A stretch of DNA of 64,000 nt, taken from assembly GCA_020696385.1 (NCBI GenBank), contig JAEHCQ010000007.1, positions 32,001-96,000 of the forward strand, read 5' to 3'. This stretch comes from Methanobacteriota archaeon. Lineage in GTDB: Archaea > Thermoplasmatota > Thermoplasmata > SG8-5 > JAGLSY01. How positions within the stretch are numbered: position 1 is the first letter of the stretch; each line of letters begins with the position of its first letter. The notes below the pieces were generated by a model. That model was given only the letters and a program-made list of their open reading frames with translations, ran no database searches and had not been told where the DNA came from. The position numbers and the translations under genes were made by a program. Positions 29,002 through 39,229 of this stretch are shown here, one piece after another.

Positions 29002-30218
29002 AGATACTGATGATCATATGTGATGGGATGGCTGACAGGCCGTCGAATGAATTGAAGGGCAAGACCCCGATGGAAGCCGCCTCCACGCCGGCCATGGACA
29101 AGCTGGCAAAGCAAGGTTCCAATGGTCTGATGGACCCGATCGGAAAGGGCATAGTTCCAGGTAGTGACACAGCCCATCTTTCACTTTTTGGCTATGATCC
29201 ATACACTTATTATTGCGGCAGAGGAACTCTCGAAGCCGCCGGCCTCGGCATTTACATGAAAAATGGCGATGTGGCCTTCAGATGTAATTTCGCGACAGCC
29301 GATAGCGACCTGCGGATACTCGACCGCAGGGCTGGCAGAATTGCCTTCGGAACTGAAGAACTGGCCGAGTCCATAAACGGGCTGGTGATCGACGGCGTGA
29401 AGGTGATATTCAAGGACGCGGTCGAGCATCGTTCCGTCATGGTCCTTCGAGGCCCTGGACTTAGCTCGAATGTTTCTGAGGTCGACCCCCATCACGAGAA
29501 TGAAATAGCCTGGAAATCCGTAGCTACGAAACCTGGCGCGGAGAAGACCGCGGACATACTGAATAAATTCACCAGAATGTCCTTTGACATTCTGCACAAA
29601 CACCCGATAAATATCGCAAGAAAGGAAGAGGGATTGCTTCCCGCGAACATCATACTGGCCAGAGGCCCGGGGGACGTGCCAGACATCCCGACCTTCAAAG
29701 AGGTTCATGGAATGAAGGCCTCGGCCATAGTCGGGATCACTCTTGTCAAAGGTCTGTGCCGCATAATTGGAATGGAAGTGCCCGAGATAGAGGGCGCGAC
29801 CGGAGGAGCGGACACCAGCCTGCAAAATAAAACGCAGGCTGTCCTGGAAGCTCTGGAAGACCATGACTTCGTGCTGTGGCATATCAAGGCGACCGATGTC
29901 TTCGGTCATGATGGCGACGCCACTGGCAAAAGGGACTTCATCGAGAAGATCGATGCAAGTTTGGCTGGTTTGGTGGAAAACCTGGATGACCAGGTTCTGA
30001 TCGCCATAACCGCCGACCATTCCACGCCAACCACGGTAAAGGACCATGCTTCCGACCCCGTGCCTTTGCTGATATATGGCAAAGGATTGAGGGCTGATAA
30101 AGTACAGGCATTCAATGAGCTGGAGGTTTCCCAGGGATCCTTGGGAACCATTCAAGGCCTGGAGCTTATGCAGATATTGAAGGGGCTTGGGGGATGGAAC
30201 GATAAGTTCGGTGCGTAA
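28998..30218 (+). CDS. apgM: 2,3-bisphosphoglycerate-independent phosphoglycerate mutase (archaeal)
   Basis: Motifs DGMADRP, PGSDTAHL, GRG.LEAAG, D..GHDG, TADHSTP and H..DPVP. It has an ATGA overlap with the DUF92 gene. Confidence 0.95.
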   Translation: MKILMIICDGMADRPSNELKGKTPMEAASTPAMDKLAKQGSNGLMDPIGKGIVPGSDTAHLSLFGYDPYTYYCGRGTLEAAGLGIYMKNGDVAFRCNFATADSDLRILDRRAGRIAFGTEELAESINGLVIDGVKVIFKDAVEHRSVMVLRGPGLSSNVSEVDPHHENEIAWKSVATKPGAEKTADILNKFTRMSFDILHKHPINIARKEEGLLPANIILARGPGDVPDIPTFKEVHGMKASAIVGITLVKGLCRIIGMEVPEIEGATGGADTSLQNKTQAVLEALEDHDFVLWHIKATDVFGHDGDATGKRDFIEKIDASLAGLVENLDDQVLIAITADHSTPTTVKDHASDPVPLLIYGKGLRADKVQAFNELEVSQGSLGTIQGLELMQILKGLGGWNDKFGA

Positions 30219-30270
30219 GCCTTTTCTTACTTCCTATCTACCTTAAATATAATATCGATAATGGCAGTTC

Positions 30271-31254
30271 GTGAACGCAAAGAGCATACCCACTGTACTA
30301 TCGGCAGACGAGATACTGGAAAAAGCCTTCAAGAGAGCGGACAAGTTCCAGATCTGGAACGCGGGCAATCGTAAGAAGACCCGCGCGGAATCTGGCTCGA
30401 AGCTCAATTCATTCGGCCACACGATATCCAGTAAATTGAGAATGTATGTGAGAAAGTTCCCCAGCATGGACCAGCTTCACCCCTTCTATTATTCACTCAT
30501 TGATCTCAAGATCGACAATGACAAGCTCAGGCACTCACTGGGCGCCTTGCAATGGGCGGCCAATACCACGGACGCGGTCCTCAAAGAGAATGAGAGGAAG
30601 CTCAAAGGAGCCGAGGGCAAGAAGGACATGGAGAAGGTGAGAAAGGGTGCGTACGGCAGGATCTCATCGATCGTCAGAAAAGTGGAGAAAGACCTTGTCC
30701 TGCTTCAGGAAACAAGAGAGTTCATGAAGACACTTCCAGAGATAGATGTCGATGAGCCAGTCACTGTTATCGCGGGCGCTCCGAATGTCGGAAAGTCAGC
30801 TGTGATGACAAGGCTGACAGCGGCCACACCCAAAATCGCTTCCTATCCTTTCACCACCCAGAACATTAGCATCGGGCACATGGACCTGGAAGGAGAAAGA
30901 TTCCAGATCATGGACACCCCGGGATTGCTGGACAGACCTCTTGAGGAGAGAAATGACATCGAAAGGCACGCGATCTTGGCAATAGAACATATTGCCAGCG
31001 TCATTGTCTTCATCCTCGACCCATCGGAATCATGCGGCTATGTCATGGAGGAGCAGAAGAATCTGCGAGCCACCATCATGAAGTCCTTCCCCGAGGCAAG
31101 ATTCATCACTATCACGAACAAATCCGATATGGCGACCATGGACGAGCACATGGCCGTTTCAGCTCTGTACGACAAGGGATTTGATGAGCTGGAAAAACTT
31201 CTTTACAAGGAGCTGGATGCAATTCCACCTGCACCTTATTATGGGCCGGATTGA
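30271..31254 (+). CDS. NOG1-family GTP-binding protein
   Basis: Motifs LHPFY, GAPNVGKS, YPFTT, DTPGLLDRP and NKSD. Confidence 0.93.
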   Translation: MNAKSIPTVLSADEILEKAFKRADKFQIWNAGNRKKTRAESGSKLNSFGHTISSKLRMYVRKFPSMDQLHPFYYSLIDLKIDNDKLRHSLGALQWAANTTDAVLKENERKLKGAEGKKDMEKVRKGAYGRISSIVRKVEKDLVLLQETREFMKTLPEIDVDEPVTVIAGAPNVGKSAVMTRLTAATPKIASYPFTTQNISIGHMDLEGERFQIMDTPGLLDRPLEERNDIERHAILAIEHIASVIVFILDPSESCGYVMEEQKNLRATIMKSFPEARFITITNKSDMATMDEHMAVSALYDKGFDELEKLLYKELDAIPPAPYYGPD

Positions 31255-31266
31255 GTAATAGAAAGA

Positions 31267-34017
31267 TCAATCCCAGAACCTCTTCGTTCTCGCATACTTA
31301 ACTTCCGCATTGAGGATGGCAGTTAAGAAATCATCCTCATCCTGATACGATCTCTGAAGGATCAAAGCCGCATTGCCAGGCCCCACACCCCGGGCGGCCA
31401 GGCAGAGCGCGGCCTTCTGTCCATGATTGCTCATTAAAGAGGCTGTTTTCATCATGTTCTTTATTTCCTTCTTTTCTTCGAGGGTTGGATTCTTCTTTTT
31501 TAGAAGCTTCAGGCGATCCATCTGGTGCCTTCTTATAGTGGCCACCATGACCGCACCGCATTTGTCGCAGGATACACGATCCTGGATGGATGACACGGAT
31601 CGTATGGACTTGCTACTGCAGTTCATGCACACCTGAACCATTCGTTCCTTCTCCAGTCGCTTTTTGAGGGCCATGAGGATCGCGTGAGTTGGACGTGCTG
31701 GCATCATCATGTCCATTCTCTGTTCTATACCCTCCTTACCGATGGGTGATAGAGCAGATCTCTCCAGAGTGATCTTCCCACTCTGGATCCTCTCGATTAT
31801 TTGAATGGTCAAGGGGATGTCCAGGTTCTCATAAACGGTCTTGTTTATTGCCTCCTTCATTATCGGAGTTCCAGTGTACGATCCCATTATTCTCTCGATG
31901 TTCAGGCTTCGGTAATCCGCATCCTTTCTGATGGCTCCGAACTTCTTGGCCACGTACACGAACTTCCACCTTAGGTAGGCCGTGTTCCGGAGGTATATCC
32001 GAAGAATATCGCTCACGGTTGCTGGGTCGGTCTTGGTGAATATGTTCTCGATTATCTCGATATTCACCATTCTGGGAAGGTGGAGCAGGATCCGATACGG
32101 ATCGGTCCTGACAGCGACAGATTCTCCCATCCTGGCCATCAGAAGCGCGGACACCAGTTTTCCCAGTGTTTCATTCACCTTGCTTCCAAAACAGGCATTG
32201 ATGACGATCGTACGATCGGATGTCTCGATGGTCATTTTCTTATCGGTCGGGACAAGGCATTTCACCCTCTGGCTAGCCAGGAAATCCTGAGCCTTTTTCC
32301 TGGCATCCGCCCTTGCTGGATAATCATCATAATTTTCCCTTTCTCTCAGCCTGCCAACTTCCTGGGCAACGGCATAGGGTATTGGAATGTCCTCGCCAGA
32401 CCATGACGGGACAGTTCCCAGACCGAGTGAAGGCTCGACTAATATCGTGTCTTCCTCGATGGACACGATATTCCAAGGCCTTCCCCTGACAATTAAGGAA
32501 GCGGTGGGCTCCGCATAGGCAATTACAAAGCTCTCATCCAGCTTGCCAATTGGTTTCCGTGTTGTGATGTCCACGACCCGGAAAGTCCTTTCATCAGGTA
32601 TCATAGAAACATTATCGAAAAAGTGAAGTCGCGACCTCTTGGTCCTGCGGAACTCGTCATCCTCGACCCAGACCACCCTGATCTCACCAAGTTGCTCAAC
32701 AACACGATCGAAATCATCCCTATCCAGTGTCTGAAATGGATAGGCTTTTGTCACGATATTATAGAAATCCTCGATATTCTCATCACCAACCTGCATCGCG
32801 TGGGCGATCACCTGATTGGCCAGGACCACCAAAGGATTGAGCCGGATATCGGTCTGCTCAAGTTCGCCAGCCAATGCTCTGCGGGCGACAACTAACGATT
32901 CCAATATGTCATCGGGTGTATCAGCGATTATCACTCCTTTTGATAACTGGCCGATCTTGTGACCCGATCGCCCCAGTCTCTGCACCAGCCTGGATGCTTC
33001 TCTTGGGGAATTGTATTGAATAGTGAAATCAGCAGATCCGACATCGATACCCAGCTCCAGGGAGGATGTACATATAAGAGCGTCCAGCACCTGGGCCTTG
33101 AACTCGTCCTCCATCTGTATCCTGATATCCTTGGAAAGAGAACCATGATGCACCCCGACAGGATGGTCCGGGTCTATAAGATGAAAACGAGCACCCAGTA
33201 TCTCGGCCGAGTCTCTCGTATTGACAAAAAGCAGGGTGGAATTATGCGCCTTGATCTGCTCCGAACAGAAGCGAAGGCGAGCGGCAGTATCCTCATCCGA
33301 GTGTATGGTGTCAGCCAATAGCTCATCTCCTTTTACAGGAACTGGCGATGAGACCTTGACGGACATCCTTTTGTCCCTGGCGACATTGACGATCTCTATC
33401 GGTTTACTGCTGCCTCGGAGGAACCTGGCCACTTCCTCCGGTGTGCCGACAGTTGCTGAAAGACCGATCCTCTGAAAATCATGATCGGCCAGCACCCTCA
33501 GCCTTTCCAAGCCAATGGACAACTGGGCCCCCCTCTCGTCCTGTGCCAGCTCGTGGATCTCATCGATCACAATGTGCCTGACATTCTTCAGGATGTTCTT
33601 CAGCCGAGAGCCAGTCATCATTATCTGAAATGTCTCCGGGGTCGTGATAAGTATCTGGGGTGGCTTCAACACCTGTTTTCTGCGATCGTTCTGGGTAGTA
33701 TCACCGTGCCTGACACCGACGGTCACACCCAATCTTTCCCCGAACCAGGTCATCCTCTTCATCATGTCCCTGTTCAGAGCTCGTAGAGGTGTGATATAAA
33801 GCGTATGAAATCCCTTTGGCTGAGTTTCCAGTATCCTGTGGAATATCGGCAAAATAGCGGCCTCGGTCTTCCCAATGCCAGTCGGAGCTACCAGTAAAAG
33901 ATTATTTCCTTCCAATGAAACTGGAATGACCTGTGATTGTGCATCGGTCGGGCGTGAAATACCCAGCTCCTTCATCGCATCCCTTATCCTGGGATCCAAA
34001 AGATCGAACGCGCTCAT
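31267..34017 (-). CDS. Lhr-family ATP-dependent helicase
   Basis: Motifs APTGIGKT, PLRALNRD, DEIH, SAT, HHGSLS, LELGIDVG and QRLGRSGH, plus C-terminal CxxC...CxxC. Confidence 0.93.
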   Translation of the reverse strand: MSAFDLLDPRIRDAMKELGISRPTDAQSQVIPVSLEGNNLLLVAPTGIGKTEAAILPIFHRILETQPKGFHTLYITPLRALNRDMMKRMTWFGERLGVTVGVRHGDTTQNDRRKQVLKPPQILITTPETFQIMMTGSRLKNILKNVRHIVIDEIHELAQDERGAQLSIGLERLRVLADHDFQRIGLSATVGTPEEVARFLRGSSKPIEIVNVARDKRMSVKVSSPVPVKGDELLADTIHSDEDTAARLRFCSEQIKAHNSTLLFVNTRDSAEILGARFHLIDPDHPVGVHHGSLSKDIRIQMEDEFKAQVLDALICTSSLELGIDVGSADFTIQYNSPREASRLVQRLGRSGHKIGQLSKGVIIADTPDDILESLVVARRALAGELEQTDIRLNPLVVLANQVIAHAMQVGDENIEDFYNIVTKAYPFQTLDRDDFDRVVEQLGEIRVVWVEDDEFRRTKRSRLHFFDNVSMIPDERTFRVVDITTRKPIGKLDESFVIAYAEPTASLIVRGRPWNIVSIEEDTILVEPSLGLGTVPSWSGEDIPIPYAVAQEVGRLRERENYDDYPARADARKKAQDFLASQRVKCLVPTDKKMTIETSDRTIVINACFGSKVNETLGKLVSALLMARMGESVAVRTDPYRILLHLPRMVNIEIIENIFTKTDPATVSDILRIYLRNTAYLRWKFVYVAKKFGAIRKDADYRSLNIERIMGSYTGTPIMKEAINKTVYENLDIPLTIQIIERIQSGKITLERSALSPIGKEGIEQRMDMMMPARPTHAILMALKKRLEKERMVQVCMNCSSKSIRSVSSIQDRVSCDKCGAVMVATIRRHQMDRLKLLKKKNPTLEEKKEIKNMMKTASLMSNHGQKAALCLAARGVGPGNAALILQRSYQDEDDFLTAILNAEVKYARTKRFWD

Positions 34018-34074
34018 TGTATTGACTATATAGATGGAATATAGAATATAAACCTAATGAAGAGAGGGGGGTGA

Positions 34075-34090
34075 CCGAAAGCATTAATAT
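34075..34090 (+). promoter_or_regulatory. Probable BRE/TATA promoter of the tRNA
   Basis: CCGAAAGCATTAATAT lies about 30 nt upstream of the tRNA. A similar CGAAAGGGTTAATAA lies upstream of ORF 25458. Confidence 0.5.
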
Positions 34091-34118
34091 TGCGATTTTT
34101 ATGCAGATACCACTACGG

Positions 34119-34195
34119 GGGCCCGTAGCTTAGTCTGGTGGAGCGTCTGGCTCATAACCAGATGGCCGCCGGTTCAAATCCGGTCGGGCCCACCA
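34119..34195 (+). tRNA. tRNA-Ile2 (CAT, agmatidine type); tRNA-Met by anticodon alone
   Basis: Acceptor stem GGGCCCG/CGGGCCC, anticodon arm TCTGG-CT-CAT-AA-CCAGA, GGTTCAAATCC and an encoded CCA. A GGGCCC acceptor is typical of archaeal Ile tRNAs rather than Met tRNAs. Confidence 0.9.
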
Positions 34196-34307
34196 AACTT
34201 TATGAATAATTATATTCCGCGGATTACCCATGAAAGAGTTTTATACTTGAGGGCAAATGTAACGACTGTGTTTGTAGAATAACAAAACACAGACAGGATG
34301 GATCAAC

Positions 34308-35957
34308 ATGAACTTCATTATCCCCATATTGGCCGCAGTAGCCGCGATCGCAGGCATATTTGTCAATGCATTCATAATTGAATCAGATAGATCAGATTGG
34401 AACGATGTGGCCAAAAAGATCTTGGTCATCGGTTTGATAATCGGAGTGGCCATTGGTGTCTTGAATTACTTCATAATGGTGAAGACCATACCAATCAACC
34501 TGGTATTCGTCTTCGCCTTCTTCTTCACAGTAGCCTTTTGGCTCGGATATGTAATATTCGGTTCCAAGAAGAACATCATCCCCGGGATCATATTGGTCAT
34601 CGTCATGTTCTCACTTCTGGCATCCCCATATATGATGACAACGAAGCTCTATGAAACAGCAGACGTTATCGAGATGGATGAAAAGCCCATGGAGATAGAT
34701 ACCACCCATCTGAGACAGGTCAATTACGAATACGCAAAATGGAAGGCTGACAAGGTTGTCGGGGAAATGGGAAACAGGGTGATGATCGGAGAGCTTGAGA
34801 TCATCCTATACCAGGGAAAACTTACATGGGTATGCCCTCTGATACACAGGGGTTTCTTCAAGCAATGGGAATATGGTTTCACACCTGGGTATATCCTGGT
34901 GGATGGTGAGGACCCGACCAAGGAAGCTGTGCTTGTCGATGATTATGAGATCGATTATTCCTACGAATACGAATACTTCAGCGAGTACATGCACAGAATA
35001 GTTTACGATGAATATCCAGATTATGATCAGTATTGGTCCTTCGAGATCGATGAGACTGGTGCGCCCTGGGTGATAGTGACTCTAAGCCAGCCTACAGTTT
35101 CATACCATGGAGATGTAGCACAGCTTGTATTGGTCGTGTCTCCATTGAACAAGTCCATTACATCGTATGCTTTCGGTGAACAACCGGAATGGATAGACAA
35201 TGCATTCCCAGAGGAACTGGCTGAGAGATATTGCGAATGGTGGGGGAACTACAAGCATGGTTTCTGGAACACGCTCATCACTGAAAAGGGCGTGAAAAGA
35301 CCAACCGCGAAGAACAATGCCTATTCCCAGGATGGCGGAGGCTTTGGCACCGACGTTTACATGATCGTCGGTAAGGATAATCAATCATACTGGTTCACGG
35401 ATTTCACATCACCAGCCAGCTCGGATCAGAGCATGGTGGGGTATGTTTTGGTCAATACCAAAACAGGGGTGATGAACTTCTACCAGGTTGCTGGACTCCT
35501 AAATGGAGATGCCGCGATGGAAGCCGCGACCGCGAAGGTGACCAACTTCGTGGGCTGGTACGCGACACAACCGATATTCCTGATAATCGATGGAAATGAG
35601 ACCTGGTTCACCCCGATACATTCCGGAACGAACATATTGCAGAAGGTGGCGCTGGTTAGTGCCCTTGATGGAAAGGTCACAATGGGCGACAACCTGGAGG
35701 CGATCCTGGAGGAGTTCAGCCTGGGTGATAATGGTATTCCATCTGATACAAATATGACGATAATTACCGTGAATGGCACTGTTGATGACATTCATTCATA
35801 TGTTGTGGATGGAGAGACAGAATGGTATCTGGAGATCAATGGGACCGTGGTATATGCCAATTCGGACACCCAGCCTTTCCTGATCGGTATAGGCGATCAT
35901 GTGGTCATCGAATACCAGGTGATCGAAGAAAGGAATATCATTCTCAAGTGGGATTGA
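34308..35957 (+). CDS. Membrane protein with 4 N-terminal TM helices and a large extracellular domain, function unknown
   Basis: Hydrophobic N-terminus followed by W..PL...GF, FEIDE.G.P, P.WID..FP and W.T..TS...DQS. Long ORF with an SD. Confidence 0.75.
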   Translation: MNFIIPILAAVAAIAGIFVNAFIIESDRSDWNDVAKKILVIGLIIGVAIGVLNYFIMVKTIPINLVFVFAFFFTVAFWLGYVIFGSKKNIIPGIILVIVMFSLLASPYMMTTKLYETADVIEMDEKPMEIDTTHLRQVNYEYAKWKADKVVGEMGNRVMIGELEIILYQGKLTWVCPLIHRGFFKQWEYGFTPGYILVDGEDPTKEAVLVDDYEIDYSYEYEYFSEYMHRIVYDEYPDYDQYWSFEIDETGAPWVIVTLSQPTVSYHGDVAQLVLVVSPLNKSITSYAFGEQPEWIDNAFPEELAERYCEWWGNYKHGFWNTLITEKGVKRPTAKNNAYSQDGGGFGTDVYMIVGKDNQSYWFTDFTSPASSDQSMVGYVLVNTKTGVMNFYQVAGLLNGDAAMEAATAKVTNFVGWYATQPIFLIIDGNETWFTPIHSGTNILQKVALVSALDGKVTMGDNLEAILEEFSLGDNGIPSDTNMTIITVNGTVDDIHSYVVDGETEWYLEINGTVVYANSDTQPFLIGIGDHVVIEYQVIEERNIILKWD

Positions 35958-36005
35958 TAGAATTGCCAGTTAGTTCGATAGGGCGAAAATAGCTATCTAT
36001 CCAGC

Positions 36006-39000
36006 TCATAGCTCATTCCTAGCCTTCTCTTCCCATGCCGTCATATCCATGTCTCTGAACATATTACAGGCCAGATCCAGATATTCTTCAGTCTTTCCCG
36101 GATCGCCCATGTCCTTCAGAAGAAGAGCATGCTCGTATAGGAGGAATGCTATCTCGATCTTTTCACCCACATCCTGAAGGATCGTCCTGGCCTTTTCAAA
36201 TTCCATACTGGCCTTGTCCAGGTCTCCCCTTTTCCTGTGGACCATACCTAGGATGCGAAGGCACATTCCCTCTTCCCTCTTCAAGCTGGTTTCGACAGAG
36301 GCCTCCAAAGCCTCTGTGCCGTGACTGGAAGCCTCATCCATTCTTCCGAGCATCATACTGGCCTCGGCCAATCCACATCTGATCTGGATGATGTGGCGTT
36401 TGTCTCCCAGCCCCTTATAGATTTCAAGGCATTTATCAAAATATTCCTCCGCACGGTCAGGGCTATCACTGGCCATGTGAAGAAGTGCAATATTATACAG
36501 GGATTCGGCAATTCCATGTTTGTCCTTTATATTCTCTCTGATCTCCAATCCCCTTATCTGATACTCCAAGGCGATGTCCATATCACCCCTGTTCATATGC
36601 ACCAATCCGATATTACTTAGAGATAGGCCAGTACCTTGCTGGTCCCCCATAGCTTCCATGATCTCCAGACTGCTTTCATAATTCTGCAATGCCTTGCTCA
36701 TATCGCCCCTGTCCCAATTCAGATTTCCAAGATTGATGAGTGAGAAGGCTATACCGCGCTTATCCATTATCTTCTCCCTTATCTCCAGACTGCGTGTCTG
36801 GCATTCCAGAACAAGATCCAAGTCTCCTCTTCTACGGTGGATTATCCCCACATTGTTAAGCGCGGAGGCAATTCCTGGCAGGTTTCCTATCTCCTCCATC
36901 AATACCAGGCTTTTCTCCGAGTATTCAAGAGCCAGGTCATTTTCGCCCTGGCTTATGTAGATATTTCCAACCATTCTGAGAGCATTGGCACTGTCCTCCT
37001 TGGCTCCCTCAATATTTTCAAAAGTATCATATGCCCTTTTGAAACGGTCCATGGCATCGTCATAGACCCCTTTTCTCCAGAAGGCCGAACCTTCGCCAAC
37101 CAGTATCCTTCCGAGTTCCATGGGATTTGTATCACCTGCCAGCTCTCTTGCTTGACCAAATAATTCCAGGGACCTGTCGAAATCACCCTTCTTCTCATAG
37201 GTCTCTCCAGTGCGCCGGAGTATCCTGGTTTGAATCTCAATGGACTCACCGCCTTCTACGATCTCAGATAGCAAAGCGAGGTTGGGAAGGGCTTCGTCAT
37301 AATCTCCGATCTGTATTTGAATGTCAGCCAGGCTCTCCAGGATAGGGGGTCTTTCACCCCCCTCTATGAATTCCAGGGCATTTTTGAATGAGCGTATAGC
37401 CTCTTCATTGGCATATCTATCTCGTGATTTATTCGCTGCCTGGACGAGATAATGGCCTGCCCTCTTATCTCTGGCCTTTGAGAAATGATAGGCCAGAGGA
37501 TCGAGAATATCACCCAATTCACCCTCTCCCAGATCCATCATCGCCTCCCCCACCATCAAATGATATTCAGTTCTAAGTTCAGCACCGATGCCAGTGTATA
37601 GCACATCTCTGATCTTGGCATGATCAAAGATATATATTTCATCAAGATAATTGATAAGGCGATGATTATTCTCTATCTCCCTGAGCAATTTCAGAAGCTT
37701 GATCCGATTCAGTTCAAGTGTTCTTCCAACAACTGCCGACCTGAACTCATTACCGATGACGCTGGCACACTCCAATACGTCCTTCTGATCCACCCTAAGC
37801 CTATCCAAACGCCTTTTTATAACATCATAGACCTTGGATGGAATATCAAGATCCTCCAATGATCTGGTTATCTCCCATTTCCCTTCTTCATCCTGGGCAA
37901 TGGTACCATCTTCCACCAGAAGTCGAGTTACCTCAAGAACGAAAAATGGGGTTCCTTCGGTCTCTTTGAATATTCGAGCCAGCAATTCCTTTTCCAGGTG
38001 CACCTTGCCCAAAGCGGATATGATCATCCCCTCAGTCTCATTGGATCCCAGTCTTTTCAGCTCGATCCTGTTGAATAAGGATTCACGGCTCATATTCTGC
38101 ATCGTGGTTTCCAGATGATGTGGCCTGCCATCATCTGTTGCTATTACATCTTCCGGACGGTAAGTGCCAACCAGGAGGACTCTCGATTGCCGGGTATTTC
38201 GAGCAAGATAATGTATCAGATTTAGAGTGGTGGGATCCGCCCACTGGATATCGTCAAAGAATATCAGTAATGGGGTATCCATTGCTGTTCTTTGAATTCC
38301 CAGAAGTACATTATCAAAGAGATTCTCTTGCTTTATCTTAGCATCATCAACAAGGAATCTGCCATCATATTTTCCAGAGCCAGTCAGATCAGCCAGCCGG
38401 GGAATGAGTTCATCTGCTTCACTCATATTGCCGCCCCAATTCATCAGAGCCTTTGAAGAATCATCCAATACACTTCTCATATCGTCTATAAGGAATTCGC
38501 TCTCATTCCCCTCTATAACAGCAGCCAGTGATATCTCTCCCAATGATTGGACGAGTATCTTGTATCTATCATAGCCCAATGAACTAAGACCTGCGCCTTT
38601 GCCCTTGCCCATCATGGAAAGGGAATCCTGAACAAAATCACCGACCGCCTTCAGCATTGATGCAAATATGTCTGGATCCAGTTCTGTTTCCTCACGTTCG
38701 ACCTTGGCGACCAGCATACCTGCCTTATTGATAAGATATAATGATATCAAAAGTGGCGGAGGCGCATCAGACATGACATGGAGTATGTCCAATTCTTTCA
38801 ATACGGATTTCACAGGCATTAGAGGTTCCAGACTCTCAGCCAGACACCAACCTTGGGAGATCTGGATACCATTTTTCCCAGCCTCTTTAAAAAGCTCATT
38901 GACCAACCTTGTCTTTCCGATCCCGGCCTCTCCGGATATCAGAACGGTGGAGCCATTACCTTCAAGTGCCTTCATGAGAGCCTGTGTGAGCTGTGCCAGT

Positions 39001-39050
39001 TCATTGTGACGGCCTATAAGCTCAGGCTGATTCAAGGTTGGTCCTTCCAT
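36006..39050 (-). CDS. STAND-type AAA ATPase with TPR repeats and an inserted longin/roadblock-like domain
   Basis: LIGR..EL, Walker A GEAGIGKT, Walker B FFDDIQWAD, TEGTPFF and FDHAKIRD, followed by many TPR_12-like repeats. Confidence 0.9.
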   Translation of the reverse strand: MEGPTLNQPELIGRHNELAQLTQALMKALEGNGSTVLISGEAGIGKTRLVNELFKEAGKNGIQISQGWCLAESLEPLMPVKSVLKELDILHVMSDAPPPLLISLYLINKAGMLVAKVEREETELDPDIFASMLKAVGDFVQDSLSMMGKGKGAGLSSLGYDRYKILVQSLGEISLAAVIEGNESEFLIDDMRSVLDDSSKALMNWGGNMSEADELIPRLADLTGSGKYDGRFLVDDAKIKQENLFDNVLLGIQRTAMDTPLLIFFDDIQWADPTTLNLIHYLARNTRQSRVLLVGTYRPEDVIATDDGRPHHLETTMQNMSRESLFNRIELKRLGSNETEGMIISALGKVHLEKELLARIFKETEGTPFFVLEVTRLLVEDGTIAQDEEGKWEITRSLEDLDIPSKVYDVIKRRLDRLRVDQKDVLECASVIGNEFRSAVVGRTLELNRIKLLKLLREIENNHRLINYLDEIYIFDHAKIRDVLYTGIGAELRTEYHLMVGEAMMDLGEGELGDILDPLAYHFSKARDKRAGHYLVQAANKSRDRYANEEAIRSFKNALEFIEGGERPPILESLADIQIQIGDYDEALPNLALLSEIVEGGESIEIQTRILRRTGETYEKKGDFDRSLELFGQARELAGDTNPMELGRILVGEGSAFWRKGVYDDAMDRFKRAYDTFENIEGAKEDSANALRMVGNIYISQGENDLALEYSEKSLVLMEEIGNLPGIASALNNVGIIHRRRGDLDLVLECQTRSLEIREKIMDKRGIAFSLINLGNLNWDRGDMSKALQNYESSLEIMEAMGDQQGTGLSLSNIGLVHMNRGDMDIALEYQIRGLEIRENIKDKHGIAESLYNIALLHMASDSPDRAEEYFDKCLEIYKGLGDKRHIIQIRCGLAEASMMLGRMDEASSHGTEALEASVETSLKREEGMCLRILGMVHRKRGDLDKASMEFEKARTILQDVGEKIEIAFLLYEHALLLKDMGDPGKTEEYLDLACNMFRDMDMTAWEEKARNEL

Positions 39051-39229
39051 GTAATCATAGAATACCTTGGTAATAAATATAATTTGTTAAGTTCATCAAT
39101 GATAATTATCCATTAAAATTTCTTTATTTATGATATTGAGATTATTCAATACCTATAACTATATATATTACCCATTAATTTATCTGCCTTTACATATAAT
39201 ATTTGACGAACACATCCAGGTGAGTGAAA

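Noticed and set aside
29181-30155. 324-aa antisense ORF, and similar long shadow ORFs such as 55964-56968 and 635-1156
   Set aside because: They lie opposite well-supported genes or a tRNA and have no recognisable motifs.
34119-34195. Initiator or elongator tRNA-Met
   Set aside because: It lacks the A1-U72 pair and the three consecutive G-C anticodon-stem pairs of initiators. The GGGCCC acceptor favours Ile2.
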